A stretch of DNA of 64,000 bases, from contig NIVC01000892.1 of NCBI GenBank assembly GCA_002269645.1, positions 284,925 through 348,924 on the forward strand. Reading direction: 5' to 3'. The position numbers and the translations under genes were made by a program. Source of the DNA: Macrostomum lignano. Taxonomy: Eukaryota. Of this stretch, positions 33,560-46,100 are shown in pieces. A model generated the notes under the pieces. It was not told the DNA's origin. It did no database searches and was given only the letters and a program-made list of their open reading frames with translations. Position 1 is the stretch's first letter, and each line of letters starts with the position of its first letter.

Positions 33560-33810
33560 ATCGGCTACTCAGAAAGAGCCGCATAACCTTTCGGCACGAT
33601 GCATGCGGCATAACAGATGCAGGTCAGCAGCGAGAGATTCTACTCTACGTCGGTGGCAAACAGGTGGCGGACACGGTGCGATCTTCAGGCAACAGCAGCC
33701 CGACGGCAGCCTGCGACCGATTGCCTACGCAAGCCGCGCACTGTCAGCCTCAGCCCGTGGAGATTCTCAGACGGAAAGAGAAGCCGTTGCCGTCAAATTC
33801 GGCTGCCAGC
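33560..33810 (+). mobile_element. Ty3/Gypsy LTR-retrotransposon RNase H fragment
   Basis: GHGAIFRQQQPDGSLRPIAYASRAL...DSQTEREAVAVKFG matches the Gypsy G-AVL-Q...RPIAYASR-L...YSQ-E-EALA motif. Confidence 0.85.
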
Positions 33811-34094
33811 TCGCTTCCTCTGCGTGCGGTTTCCGAGGTCGCGCAACTTTGGAACACAGCGCACATTGTTCCAATCCCAAGGAATGCTACTTGATCATCT
33901 GCAGTCCGGGCTTTTATGCTTTTTACACGCGACACAAGCATCTGGCTGCTGGACAACAGCGAGGCTGCACATTTCACACCACACAGCACATTTTATTCAT
34001 TTTGTCTGCGTTGTTGCATTACTTAAAAGTATATTTGCTTCGATAGGCTAAAAAACGGAAACACTACGAAAAACACCAGAGAGACTCAAAGAAA

Positions 34095-34430
34095 CAGAGC
34101 CAGGAATATCAACTGCAGCCGCAGAGACGGGAACATCAACTGCAGTCGCAGAGACGGGAACATCAACTGCAGTCACAGAGACGGGAACATCAACTGCAGC
34201 CGCAGAGACGGGAACATCAACTGCAGTCGCAGAGACGGGAACATCAACTGCAGCCGCAGAGACGGGAACATCAACTGCAGTCACAGAGACGGGAACATCA
34301 ACTGCAGCCGCAGAGACGGGAACATCAACTGCAGTCGCAGAGACGGGAACATCAACTGCAGCCGCAGAGACGGGAACATCAACTGCAGTCGCAGAGCCGG
34401 AACATCAACTGCAGTCAGAGAGACGGGAAA
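34095..34430. repeat. 27-bp minisatellite (gacgggaacatcaactgcagYcgcaga)n
   Basis: Visible tandem array. Confidence 0.96.
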
Positions 34431-34836
34431 ATCCACTGAGTATCTCTTAGTACATGGGGCATATGAAATCGTAGCTTAAAAAGGAATTTCAATTTTGAAA
34501 CTTTTTTCTCGTGCCTGATTTGTTTTGCTCTGTTGGTTAGTTTTTACAATCAAAACGTTTGGGTAATAAAATATCGTTTACAAATTTACTTAAAGAATGG
34601 CTTACAGCACTTTGAGTGTAATTTGAGCAGCATTTTTTAGATGTTTTGCTTGGCTTCTATTTATTTTACAGAGTCATTAATCTTGCATTTTCGGAATTTC
34701 TAAATGCTCAAAACATTGCCCCACTCAGCTGTCTTAGAGAGTCGTTCTATTTTCGCCTAGTGGAAGGCGTTCTAAGGCATGTAGTTAATTAATTAGTTGT
34801 AGTTCTGTATGATCATAGTGAGTATGTTTTGCTGCA

Positions 34837-35044
34837 GTGTCCTTAAGCAAGACACTTAGCTCTGCATTGCTTCAGTTCACCCAGCTGTAAAATGGGTGCC
34901 CAGCATTAGCTGGGGTAATTGAGGGTGTGTGGCGACCCCCCAGTCCTTGGACTGAACAGCCATACGCAGCCTTCAGATGGGCCGCGCAAATAGCTGCGGC
35001 TGAGCTGTCGGTTGCACATCTGGCCCAATCGGGGCAGGTGTAAT
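34837..35044 (+). mobile_element. tRNA-derived SINE, copy 5 (5'-truncated, no tRNA head)
   Basis: Begins at gtgtccttaagcaagacactt, ends ggcaggtgtaat followed by an A-rich tail. Confidence 0.9.
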
Positions 35045-36039
35045 AAAGAAACAAGAAATTTATTACACAAAGTATGTTTTCCGGGAAATAGCTCTAGGAT
35101 TCAACTCGATCTAATCTACGGTGCCGTGTATTCTGTCTATGAACTTTTGTCTATAACTTTGTCTAGAACTTCTGTCTATAACTTTTGGGGTGTCCTGAAC
35201 TTTCAAAAGCTACTTAAGAGTAGTCAAGAAAGCATAAAATGCTTCATTTTAAAATTTTGTATCAACGGGAGAGCGGGAAAATTAGCCTCGATGTAAGGCA
35301 TGAAGCACGGGCTCACTCACGCACTCAAACCGTATCCCTGCGGCAATCTGAGCCGCTCATTTAAGGCTTGGGGTCACCCGGACCCGAAGTTCCCCATCCT
35401 CAATCTCTCTGTCTCTCTCTCCACTCTTGGACACACAACACGAACTCGCACCAGCATGGCACATATGCCCGGAGCAAGATGAAGAGAAAGAGCTAGAGAG
35501 AGAGAGCGCGAGGCAAAAAAGAGAACCGGAGGAGCCGGACCGCCCCCCTCCCCTCTGAATGCGATCAATTTGGCTTCGCGGAGGAAAAAAATTAATCAAT
35601 TTTCTTCTGCCGCAAGCAAGTTGCAGAATCTCTTCTTCTTCTTCTTCTTCTTCTCCATTCGCCTTCGCGCCGCTGTATTTGGTCCTATAGATTCCCAACG
35701 ATCGGCCAACCCCAAAAAACTAACTTGTTTATTCGCCCCAGGGGGTAAAGATATTGAGGATCTCTCAATCGAGATACCCCCAGCTCTTAGCCAGCTGAAT
35801 CAGCGCGGAAGCTCAACTGAGACTGGCCTCTCCTTATTTAGCTACTGGGAGAATGCAGGGTGAAGGGGAATTGTTCAGCCAATTCAAGTGGCCCATATAA
35901 TTAACTGCTTTTAGCTGTGTCATCGGGCCAACTGAAGAGGCCCAGCTAGGAGCGTCAAGACCATGAAGGCTAACACAGAGCCTTTGAGATCTGTGTGCAC
36001 AGATTTCTCTCTTTTGCAACCCTTTTGGCTGCTGTTGGT

Positions 36040-36185
36040 CTGCTGATGGTCATTGAGTGTCTGATGATGGTCATTGAGTGTTTGATGATGGTCACTGGCT
36101 GTCTGATGATGGTCACTGGGTCTAGCAATAGCTGATGATGGTCATTTAATTTTCGATTCGGATCATTGGGTACCTAGTGATAGTC
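36040..36185. repeat. Short degenerate array (ctgatgatggtcattgagtgt)n
   Basis: About 5 diverged units. Confidence 0.75.
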
Positions 36186-36484
36186 ACAATGTTTCTGTAT
36201 ATGATTACGCGATCACAGGGTGTTTTGTCACTCTGGTCAACCAGTATATGAATTTTTTGATAATGCATGCAAAACAGCAGTTCTCCTGCAGCCACGATTG
36301 CTCATTCGTTAGCAGATTCAAGGGCTGGCTTGCTTCCAATTACGAGTATGCAGCTCATCTTCTGTTCGCTCGTGTCGCATTGGCCTCGTTTATCATATTT
36401 GTGCTTTTCTTCCGTAGTATTTATTTCACGCATTGCTGAGCTGACCTCATGGGCCAAAACCAGTTCATGGCTGCGGGTTACATG

Positions 36485-36898
36485 AGAGGGGGAAAGCCGA
36501 AAGGAGAGGGAATAGATGAGAGAGAGAGGGGGGATATTCGAGGCAAGAGAAGATATGAAAGAGAAAATACGAGAAAAGAGAGGAGGTAATAGGATAGATG
36601 AGATGAGAGATGAAAAGAGAGGATAGAAGAGAGAAAAGAGTAGAGGGGAGAGAAGAGAGAAGAGTGGAGAGAGGAGAGAATAGGGGAGAGAAGAGAGAAT
36701 AGGGAAGAGAGAAGAGGGGAGAGAGAAGAGGGGAGAGCAGAGGGAGAAGAGAAGAGAGAAGAGATAAGAGAGCAAAGAAGAGAGAAGAGAGAAGAGAGGG
36801 AGAAGCGAGAATAGAGAAGAGAGAAGAGAAGAGACACCAGCCTTGAGCGAGCCAGATTGCTATTGTGAAGTTTCAAAGAACCGATCGCCCGGCCCCTG
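36485..36898. mobile_element. Partial relative of the 13434-13897 hAT-like MITE (GA-rich interior plus right end)
   Basis: GA-rich tract, then tgagcg...gctattgtgaagtttcaaag...cccctg as in 13810-13897; left TIR not found. Confidence 0.6.
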
Positions 36899-37114
36899 CC
36901 TTGCATGTAACTCTTGTATTCGTAAGACAACAGCGAACTGTCATTTGATCCTAGCCAATCAGAAGAGGCCAGCGTCCCCGCCTGCCCAACCCTGTCCGTC
37001 TTCCCATTTCCCAGTTGATATATCTTATCTCTAAACAACACACGCAAACTTTACTTCACTTCAAGAACTTAAAACCGTAGCTATGGTTTAAGACCGGACG
37101 TTAGGGTAACAGTA

Positions 37115-40100
37115 ATGCGCAAAATTAATTATAAATCAGGTTTGCCTGCTTATCTGCTGTGCCTCTTGGTGGCCATTCATTTGCCAGTAGGTAAGTACGA
37201 ATTGAGCGGCTTTAAAAAAGTAAACGATTCTGAATTACTTTCATTTTTTGAATGTTTTTTAATTTGGATAGTTTACGAGCTATTATGAGCGGTTTATTTT
37301 GAATTAGGTGGTTTATGAGCGGTTTATTTTGAATTAGGGTAGTCTATGAGCGGTTTATTTTGAATTAGGGTAGTTTATGAGCGGTTTATTTTGAATTAGG
37401 GTAGTTTATGAGCGGTTTGTTTTGAATTAGGGTAGTTTATGAGCGGTTTATTTTGAATTAAGGCTGTTTATGAGCGGTTTATTTTAAATTAGGGTAGTTT
37501 ATGAGCGGTTTATTTTGAACTAGGGTTGTTTATGAACGGTTTATTTTGAATTTGGGTAGTTTATGAGCGGTTTATTTTGAATTAGGGTTGTTTATGAACG
37601 GTTTATTTTGAATTAGGGTTGTTTATGAACGGTTTATTTTGTATTTGGGTAGATTATATGTATTTTTTAAGCGACGATATATCTTGGTTTGAGTACTTTA
37701 GAGAAAAAATCAATGATTAAACCGAAATGTCTTTTTTCGGGGCGATTACTGCTTGATGGTAACATACTACGTTTACGTTTGTGCAACGAGCTGATCAATG
37801 TGTCAAAAAATTTTTTTTTCTACTCGAATCAACACTTAAAGACTTAAACAGAAGTTTTAGCCTTCAACAACGTTTGTTTGCATAAATACGAGTGTTCTAG
37901 CAAAATACATACTACAGGTTAACAAAAATAAACACCGAAAATTTTCTTCCTGTTGTATTCTGAAAAAAACGGAGAGGTAGAGAGAGAGAGCGAGATCGGA
38001 GAGAGGGGGAGGTAGAGAGAAAGGGAGAGAGATAGGGAGATGTAGAGAGAGAAAGGGAGAGAGATGGGGAGAGGTAAAAAGAGAGAGAAAGGGAGAGATA
38101 GTGAGGTAGAGAGAGAGAAAGGGAGAGAGGGGGAGGTAGAGAGAGAGAAAGAGAGAGTGAGAGAGGGGGAGAGGTAGAGAGAGAAAGGGAGAGAGATGGG
38201 GAGAGGTAGAGAGAGAAAGGGAGAGAGATGGGGAGAGGTAGAGAGAGAGAAAGAGAGAGTGAGAGAGGGGGAGAGGTAGAGAGAGAAAGGGAGAGAGGGG
38301 AAGAGGTAGAGAGAGAAAGGGAGAGAGATGGGGAGAGGTAGAGTGAGAAAGGGAGAGATGGGGAGAGGTAGAGAGTGAGAAAGGGAGAGAGGGGAAGAGG
38401 TAGAGAGAGAAAGGGAGAGAGATGGGGAGAGGTAGAGAGAGAAAGGGAGAGAGATGGGGAGAGGTAGAGAGAGAGAAAGGGAGAGAGATGGGGAGAGGTA
38501 GAGTGAGAAAGGGAGAGATGGGGAGAGGTAGAGAGTGAGAAAGGGAGAGAGGGAAGAGGTAGAGAGAGAAAGGGAGAGAGATGGGGAGAGGTAGAGAGAG
38601 AAAGGGAGAGAGATGGGGAGAGGTAGAGAGAGAGAAAGGGAGAGAGGGGGAGGTAGAGAGAGAGAAAGGGAGAGAGGGGGAGAGGTAGAGAGAGAAAGGG
38701 AGAGAGGGGAGAGGTAGAGAGAGAAAGGGAGAGAGATGGGGAGAGGTAGAGAGAGAGAAAGGGAGAGAGGGGGAGGTAGAGAGAGAGAAAGAGAGAGTTA
38801 GAGAGGGGGAGAGGTAGAGAGAGAAAGGGAGAGAGATGGGGAGAGGTAGAGAGAGAGGAAGTGAGAGAGGGGGGGGGAAGGTAGAGAGAAAGGGAGAGAT
38901 GGGGAGAGGTAAAAAGAGAGAGAAAGGGAGAGATAGTGAGGTAGAGAGAGAGAAAGGGAGAGAGGGGGAGGTAGAGAGAGAGAAAGAGAGAGTGAGAGAG
39001 GGGGAGAGGTAGAGAGAGAAAGGGAGAGAGATGGGGAGAGGTAGAGAGAGAAAGGGAGAGAGATGGGGAGAGGTAGAGAGAGAGAAAGAGAGAGTGAGAG
39101 AGGGGAGAGGTAGAGAGAGAAAGGGAGAGAGGGGAAGAGGTAGAGAGAGAAAGGGAGAGAGATGGGGAGAGGTAGAGTGAGAAAGGGAGAGATGGGGAGA
39201 GGTAGAGAGTGAGAAAGGGAGAGAGGGGAAGAGGTAGAGAGAGAAAGGGAGAGAGATGGGGAGAGGTAGAGAGAGAAAGGGAGAGAGATGGGGAGAGGTA
39301 GAGAGAGAGAAAGGGAGAGAGATGGGGAGAGGTAGAGTGAGAAAGGGAGAGATGGGGAGAGGTAGAGAGTGAGAAAGGGAGAGAGGGGAAGAGGTAGAGA
39401 GAGAAAGGGAGAGAGATGGGGAGAGGTAGAGAGAGAAAGGGAGAGAGATGGGGAGAGGTAGAGAGAGAGAAAGGGAGAGAGGGGGAGGTAGAGAGAGAGA
39501 AAGGGAGAGAGGGGGAGAGGTAGAGAGAGAAAGGGAGAGAGGGAGAGGTAGAGAGAGAAAGGAGAGAGATGGGGAGAGGTAGAGAGAGAGAAAGGGAGAG
39601 AGGGGGAGGTAGAGAGAGAGAAAGAGAGAGTTAGAGAGGGGGAGAGGTAGAGAGAGAAAGGGAGAGAGATGGGGAGAGGTAGAGAGAGAGGAAGTGAGAG
39701 AGGGCGGGGAAGGTAGAGAGAAAGGGAGAGATGGGGAGAGGTAAAAAGAGAGAGAAAGGGAGAGATAGTGAGGTAGAGAGAGAGAAAGGGAGAGAGGGGG
39801 AGGTAGAGAGAGAGAAAGAGAGAGTGAGAGAGGGGGAGAGGTAGAGAGAGAAAGGGAGAGAGATGGGGAGAGGTAGAGAGAGAAAGGGAGAGATGGGGAG
39901 AGGTAGAGAGTGAGAAAGGGAGAGAGGGGAAGAGGTAGAGAGAGAAAGGGAGAGAGATGGGAGAGGTAGAGAGAGAAAGGGAGAGAGATGGGGAGAGGTA
40001 GAGAGAGAGAAAGGGAGAGAGGGGGAGGTAGAGAGAGAGAAAGGGAGAGAGGGGGAGAGGTAGAGAGAGAAAGGGAGAGAGGGAGAGGTAGAGAGAGAAA

Positions 40101-43100
40101 GGGAGAGAGATGGGGAGAGGTAGAGAGAGAGAAAGGGAGAGAGGGGAGGTAGAGAGAGAGAAAGAGAGAGTTAGAGAGGGGGAGAGGTAGAGAGAGAAAG
40201 GGAGAGAGATGGGGAGAGGTAGAGAGAGAGGAAGTGAGAGAGGGGGGGAAGGTAGAGAGAAAGGGAGAGATGGGGAGAGGTAAAAAGAGAGAGAAAGGGA
40301 GAGATAGTGAGGTAGAGAGAGAGAAAGGGAGAGAGGGGGAGGTAGAGAGAGAGAAAGAGAGAGTGAGAGAGGGGGAGAGGTAGAGAGAGAAAGGGAGAGA
40401 GATGGGGAGAGGTAGAGAGAGAAAGGGAGAGAGATGGGGAGAGGTAGAGAGAGAGAAAGAGAGAGTGAGAGAGGGGGAGAGGTAGAGAGAGAAAGGGAGA
40501 GAGGGGAAGAGGTAGAGAGAGAAAGGGAGAGAGATGGGGAGAGGTAGAGTGAGAAAGGGAGAGATGGGGAGAGGTAGAGAGTGAGAAAGGGAGAGAGATG
40601 GGGAGAGGTAGAGAGAGAAAGGGAGAGAGATGGGGAGAGGTAGAGAGAGAAAGGGAGAGAGATGGGGAGAGGTAGAGAGAGAGAAAGGGAGAGAGATGGG
40701 GAGAGGTAGAGTGAGAAAGGGAGAGATGGGGAGAGGTAGAGAGTGAGAAAGGGAGAGAGGGGAAGAGGTAGAGAGAGAAAGGGAGAGAGATGGGGAGAGG
40801 TAGAGAGAGAAAGGGAGAGAGATGGGGAGAGGTAGAGAGAGAGAAAGGGAGAGAGGGGGAGGTAGAGAGAGAGAAAGGGAGAGAGGGGGAGAGGTAGAGA
40901 GAGAAAGGGAGAGAGGGGAGAGGTAGAGAGAGAAAGGGAGAGAGATGGGGAGAGGTAGAGAGAGAGAAAGGGAGAGAGGGGGAGGTAGAGAGAGAGAAAG
41001 AGAGAGTTAGAGAGGGGAGAGGTAGAGAGAGAAAGGGAGAGAGATGGGGAGAGGTAGAGAGAGAGGAAGTGAGAGAGGGGGGGAAGGTAGAGAGAAAGGG
41101 AGAGAGGGGGAGAGGTAGAGAGAGAAAGGGAGAGAGATGGGGAGAGGTAGAGAGAGAGGAAGTGAGAGAGGGGGGGGAAGGTAGAGAGAAAGGGAGAGAG
41201 GGGGAGAGGTAGAGAAGGAGAGAAAACGGCGCCAATATTTGAAGCAGCTTTCTGTCCCCGTCAGTGGGACGTCACTCGCCGCGTTCTTGTGGAGCTCGGG
41301 GCAGGCGGCCCATAGGTGGGAGGGGGGAAATTCCCAGTTTCCATGCCACTCCATGATGGAACTGTCGCTGCTGAGGCCAATTTGTGCCCGCAGTGGCGGG
41401 GGCCTCAGCAGCAGCAGCAGAAATACACGGGCGGCGTGGCGCGGCCTGGGACTGCGGCAGCAGCTGACTTGGCGTCGCGGGCGCAGAAGGTCAAAATGTT
41501 TTTTTTGCGGCAAGCTGCCCGCCGCATGTCAGCAGATGCGCCGCCCCACCCCGACCCCGGCTGGCCCTCCCATTCAAGATTTGAACTTCGCGATGCAGAG
41601 GCACTGATAGATAACTTTGCCTTCTTTACTTTATCCACATTTGGCCCATTAGCAAATCGCTTCCCAACCTTTTCCCTCTGCCTGCCCCCAGAGGTGTCCG
41701 GCATCGAGGGAGCCAAGAAGCTGTTCAAGGACCTGATGAACAGGACCAATTACAGGGCTTCAGTGAGACCTGTCACCAACTACAGTCAGCCTGTGCTGTT
41801 GTACATGAACCTCAGCCTCACCCAGATACTCGATGTGGTAAGCCATTAGTAGGCAGAGGATTATTGTCAGTATTATAGTAATCCTTTTTGCATAACAGTG
41901 AGTGTTTGACTTTTCATTATGCTGTTGCTATGCTAAGTGGTTGCTATGAAACCATAACAAATCATAACATTTCAGTTGCTATGCAGTTGCTATGTTGTTG
42001 CTTTACAGTTGCTATGCAGTTGCTATGCAGTTGCTATGTTGTTGCTTTACAGTTGCTATGCAGTTGCTATGTTGTTGCTTTACAGTTGCTATGCAGTTGC
42101 TATGCAGTTGCTATGTTGTTGCTTTACAGTTGCTATGCAGTTGCTATGTTGTTGCTTTACAGTTGCTATGCAGTTGCTATGCTGTTGCTTTACAGTTGCT
42201 ATGCAGTTGCTATGTTGTTGCTTTACAGTTGCTATGCAGTTGCTATGCTGTTGCTTTACAGTTGCTATGCAGTTGCTATGTTGTTGCTTTACAGTTGCTA
42301 TGCAGTACAGTGCCGTATGTAGATTCGTATGTAGTGACTATGAGGTTGCTGTATGGTTGCTATGCGGTTGCTACGATCGTATTACTTATTCTAGAAATTC
42401 TATATGGTAAGTTAATTATTGAACTTATTTCATTCTTATACAAATATTTTTGTTTAAAAAGCAATTTCGAGCAAGCTGAAAAGTATAGCGCTCAAAGAAG
42501 CAGACACGATGATTAAAAAGAAAAGAAGACTGCTTTGCTTGCAAGGTAGCGTGATTAAAAAAGAAAAGATTTTCTATTAGCCTCTCTGAAAACAGGCCAA
42601 AGTGAGCACACCAAAGCCTGAGAAGAGGATTAGCTCGTAGTTCCAAGAAACATGGCAACAGATTAAACTTGAAAGGGGTTGCGAAAGAGGTTGCAAAGAG
42701 CCTCTTCTTCTCTTTGATCTTGTAGAGATGTTAAAAACTCTTTAACAACTTTACTCAACAGTTAGAGCAAGTAGGCCGAGTTTCACAGCTCAGCACCTCT
42801 CTGAACTCCGAACAAAAGCTGTTGACGCGAACCTGGACCCTTCAACAGGACGAGAAGAACCAAATCGTCACTCTAAACATGTGGGTCTCGCAGCAGTGGT
42901 TCGACCCTAACTTTGTTTGGAACGAAAGCAACTATGGCAACATCTCTGAGCTGCACATCCCCTCAGAGGATATTTGGACTCCGGATCTTGTGCTGTACAA
43001 TAAGTGAGTAGGGAGGACAGACACCCAAACTGATAAGCCTGCACACCTGAATCAGACACCCTAACTGATAAGCCCGCACACCTGAGGCAGACACCCCAAC

Positions 43101-46100
43101 TGATAAGCCTGCACACCTGAATCAGACACCCTAACTGATAAGCCCGCACACCTGAGGCAGACACCCTAACTGATAAGCCCGCACACCTGAGGCAGACACC
43201 CTAACTGATAAGCCTGCACACCTGAAGCAGACACCCCAACTGATAAGCCTGCACACCTGAAGCAGACACCCCAACTGATAAGCCTGCACACCTGAATCAG
43301 ACACCCTAACTGATAAGCCTGCACACCTGAGGCAGACACCCCAACTGATAAGCCTGCACACCTGAGGAAGACACCCTAACTGATAAGCCTGCACACCTGA
43401 AGCAGACACCCCAACTGATAAGCCTGCACACCTGAGGCAGACACCCCAACTGATAAGCCTGCACACCTGAATCAGACACCCTAACTGATAAGCCCGCACA
43501 CCTGAGGCAGACACCCTAACTGATAAGCCCGCACACCTGAGGCAGACACCCTAACTGATAAGCCTGCACACCTGAAGCAGACACCCCAACTGATAAGCCT
43601 GCACACCTGAAGCAGACACCCCAACTGATAAGCCTGCACACCTGAAGCAGACACCCCAACTGATAAGCCTGCACACCTGAAGCAGACACCCCAACTGATA
43701 AGCCTGCACACCTGAATCAGACACCCTAACTGATAAGCCCGCACACCTGAATCAGACACCCTAACTGATAAGCCTGCACACCTGAGGCAGACACCCCAAC
43801 TGATAAGCCTGCACACCTGAGGCAGACACCCCAACTGATAAGCCTGCACACCTGAGGCAGATACCCCAACTGATAAGCCTGCACACCTGAGGCAGACACC
43901 CCAACTGATAAGCCTGCACACCTGAGGCAGACACCCCAACTGATAAGCCTGAACACTTGAGGCAGACATCCCAACTGATAAGCCTGCACACCTGAGGCAG
44001 ACACCCCAACTGATAAGCCTGCACACCTGAGGCAGACACCCCAACTGATAAGCCTGCACATCTGAGGCAGACACCCCAACTGATAAGCCTGCACACCTGA
44101 GGCAGACACCCCAACTGATAAGCCTGCACATCTGAGGCAGACACCCCAACTGATAAGCCTGCACACCCTGGCAACCAAAACTCGCTGCAGCGCCGGCGGA
44201 GACTGGGACCTCGGCAGCTCAGCTAACAAGGTGAACGTGCTCAGTGACGGCACCATCCTATGGCGACCGCCCATTATCTTCAAAAGCCAGTGCGAGATCA
44301 ACGTGGAGTTTTTTCCCTTCGACACCCAAAACTGCACACTGAAGCTGGGCACCTGGACTCACAATGGCTACCTGATCGACCTGCGCCACGTCGCCCAGAA
44401 AGAGGAGGCGGATCGCAACGGACGCCAGAGCTTCGACGACTGCCGGGCCGTTATCGACTACGCCATCGATCTCAGCCAGTTTGTTGACAATGTCGAGTGG
44501 GACATCCTCGGTGAGGACGTCTCCGAAAAAAGAATTGACTGGGTCGATTTCCCTTTCTCCCCCATTTCCGTCGGAGACAAGAAGTGGTCGATGAGCTCAA
44601 GGGGGGGGGTCTGAGCAGTGGAGGCCGAGAATTCGGCAAACAAGAATGATTAAGGCATGCCATGCCGCCAGCCAATGCAGATATTGACTTTGGTATGCTG
44701 CGGCTCCAAGTGGGAGATGAAGCAGCTAGATGGGAAGCTGAGATGTGGGCCCGGGATTTTGAGAATCTTCCCACTGAATAATAAGAAAGGCGCTTTTTAT
44801 CAGCGTGAGCAGCTTGAGCTGCATAAAGTTGGATTGCGATTTGGTTGGATAACTTCTTGGTGAAAATCAACTTCACTGCTTTCTGTGCCTGTCTGGGTGT
44901 AGCAGCTCGGTTCGAAATCTACTGGGTAAAAATTGAAATCTGCAGGGTAGATTCAGAAATCTGCAGAGTAGATTCAGAAATCTGCAGGGTAGATTCAGAA
45001 ATCTGCAGGGTAGATTCAGAAATCTGCAGGGTAGATTCAGAAATCTGCAGGGTAGATTCAGAAATCTGCAGAGTAGATTCAGAAATCTGCAGGGTAGATT
45101 CAGAAATCTGCAGGGTAGACTCGGAAATCTGCAGAGTAGATTCAGAAATCTGCAGGGTAGATTCAGAAATCTGCAGGGTAAATTCGGAAATCTGCAGGGT
45201 AGACTCGGAAATCTGCAGGGTAGACTCGGAAATCTGCAGGGTAGATTCAGAAATCTGCAGGGTAGACTCGGAAATCTGCAGAGTAGATTCGGAAATCTGC
45301 AGAGTAGATTCAGAAATCTGCAGGGTAGATTCAGAAATCTGCAGGGTAGACTCGGAAATCTGCAGAGTAGATTCGGAAATCTGCAGAGTAGATTCAGAAA
45401 TCTGCAGAGTAGATTCAGAAATCTGCAGGGTAAATTCGAAAATCTGCAGGGTAGACTCGGAAATCTGCAGAGTAGATTCGGAAATCTGCAGAGTAGATTC
45501 AGAAATCTGCAGGGTAGACTCGGAAATCTGCAGGGTAGACTCGGAAATCTGCAGAGTAGATTCAGAAATCTGCAGGGTAGATTCAGAAATCTGCAGGGTA
45601 GATTCAGAAATCTGCAGGGTAGATTCAGAAATCTGCAGAGTAGATTCAGAAATCTGCAGGGTAGACTCGGAAATCTGCAGGGTAGACTCGGAAATCTGCA
45701 GGGTAGACTCGGAAATCTGCAGGGTAGACTCGGAAATCTGCAGGGTAGATTTGGAAATCTGCAGAGTAGACTCGGAAATCTGCAGGGTAGACTCGGAAAT
45801 CTGCAGGGTAGACTCGGAAATCTGCAGGGTAGATTTGGAAATCTGCAGAGTAGACTCGGAAATCTGCAGGGTAGACTCAGAAATCTGCAGAGTAGACTCG
45901 GAAATCTGCAGGGTAGATTTTGGAAACCGGCTTTGGGATAGCTAAGTGTGATGAAATCTTAATGTAATATTTCGATATGAATTTTATCTAGATTTTTGCT
46001 CTCAAGGTAATCAGGGCTCACCCAAAAGAGTCATTCGTAGTCGAAAGCAGATTGGCAAGCATACTCTGGCATTAATTTACAACACAGGACTCGGAGCAAT

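Noticed and set aside
36040-36185. CTGATGA motifs (also near 15885, 24737, 58323) as hammerhead ribozyme cores or C/D snoRNA boxes
   Set aside because: No properly placed GAAA, stem II or cleavage triplet; the SINE also lacks a hammerhead core.
37268-37650. TTAGGG within the 31-bp unit as interstitial telomere
   Set aside because: One hexamer per unit, not tandem TTAGGG.
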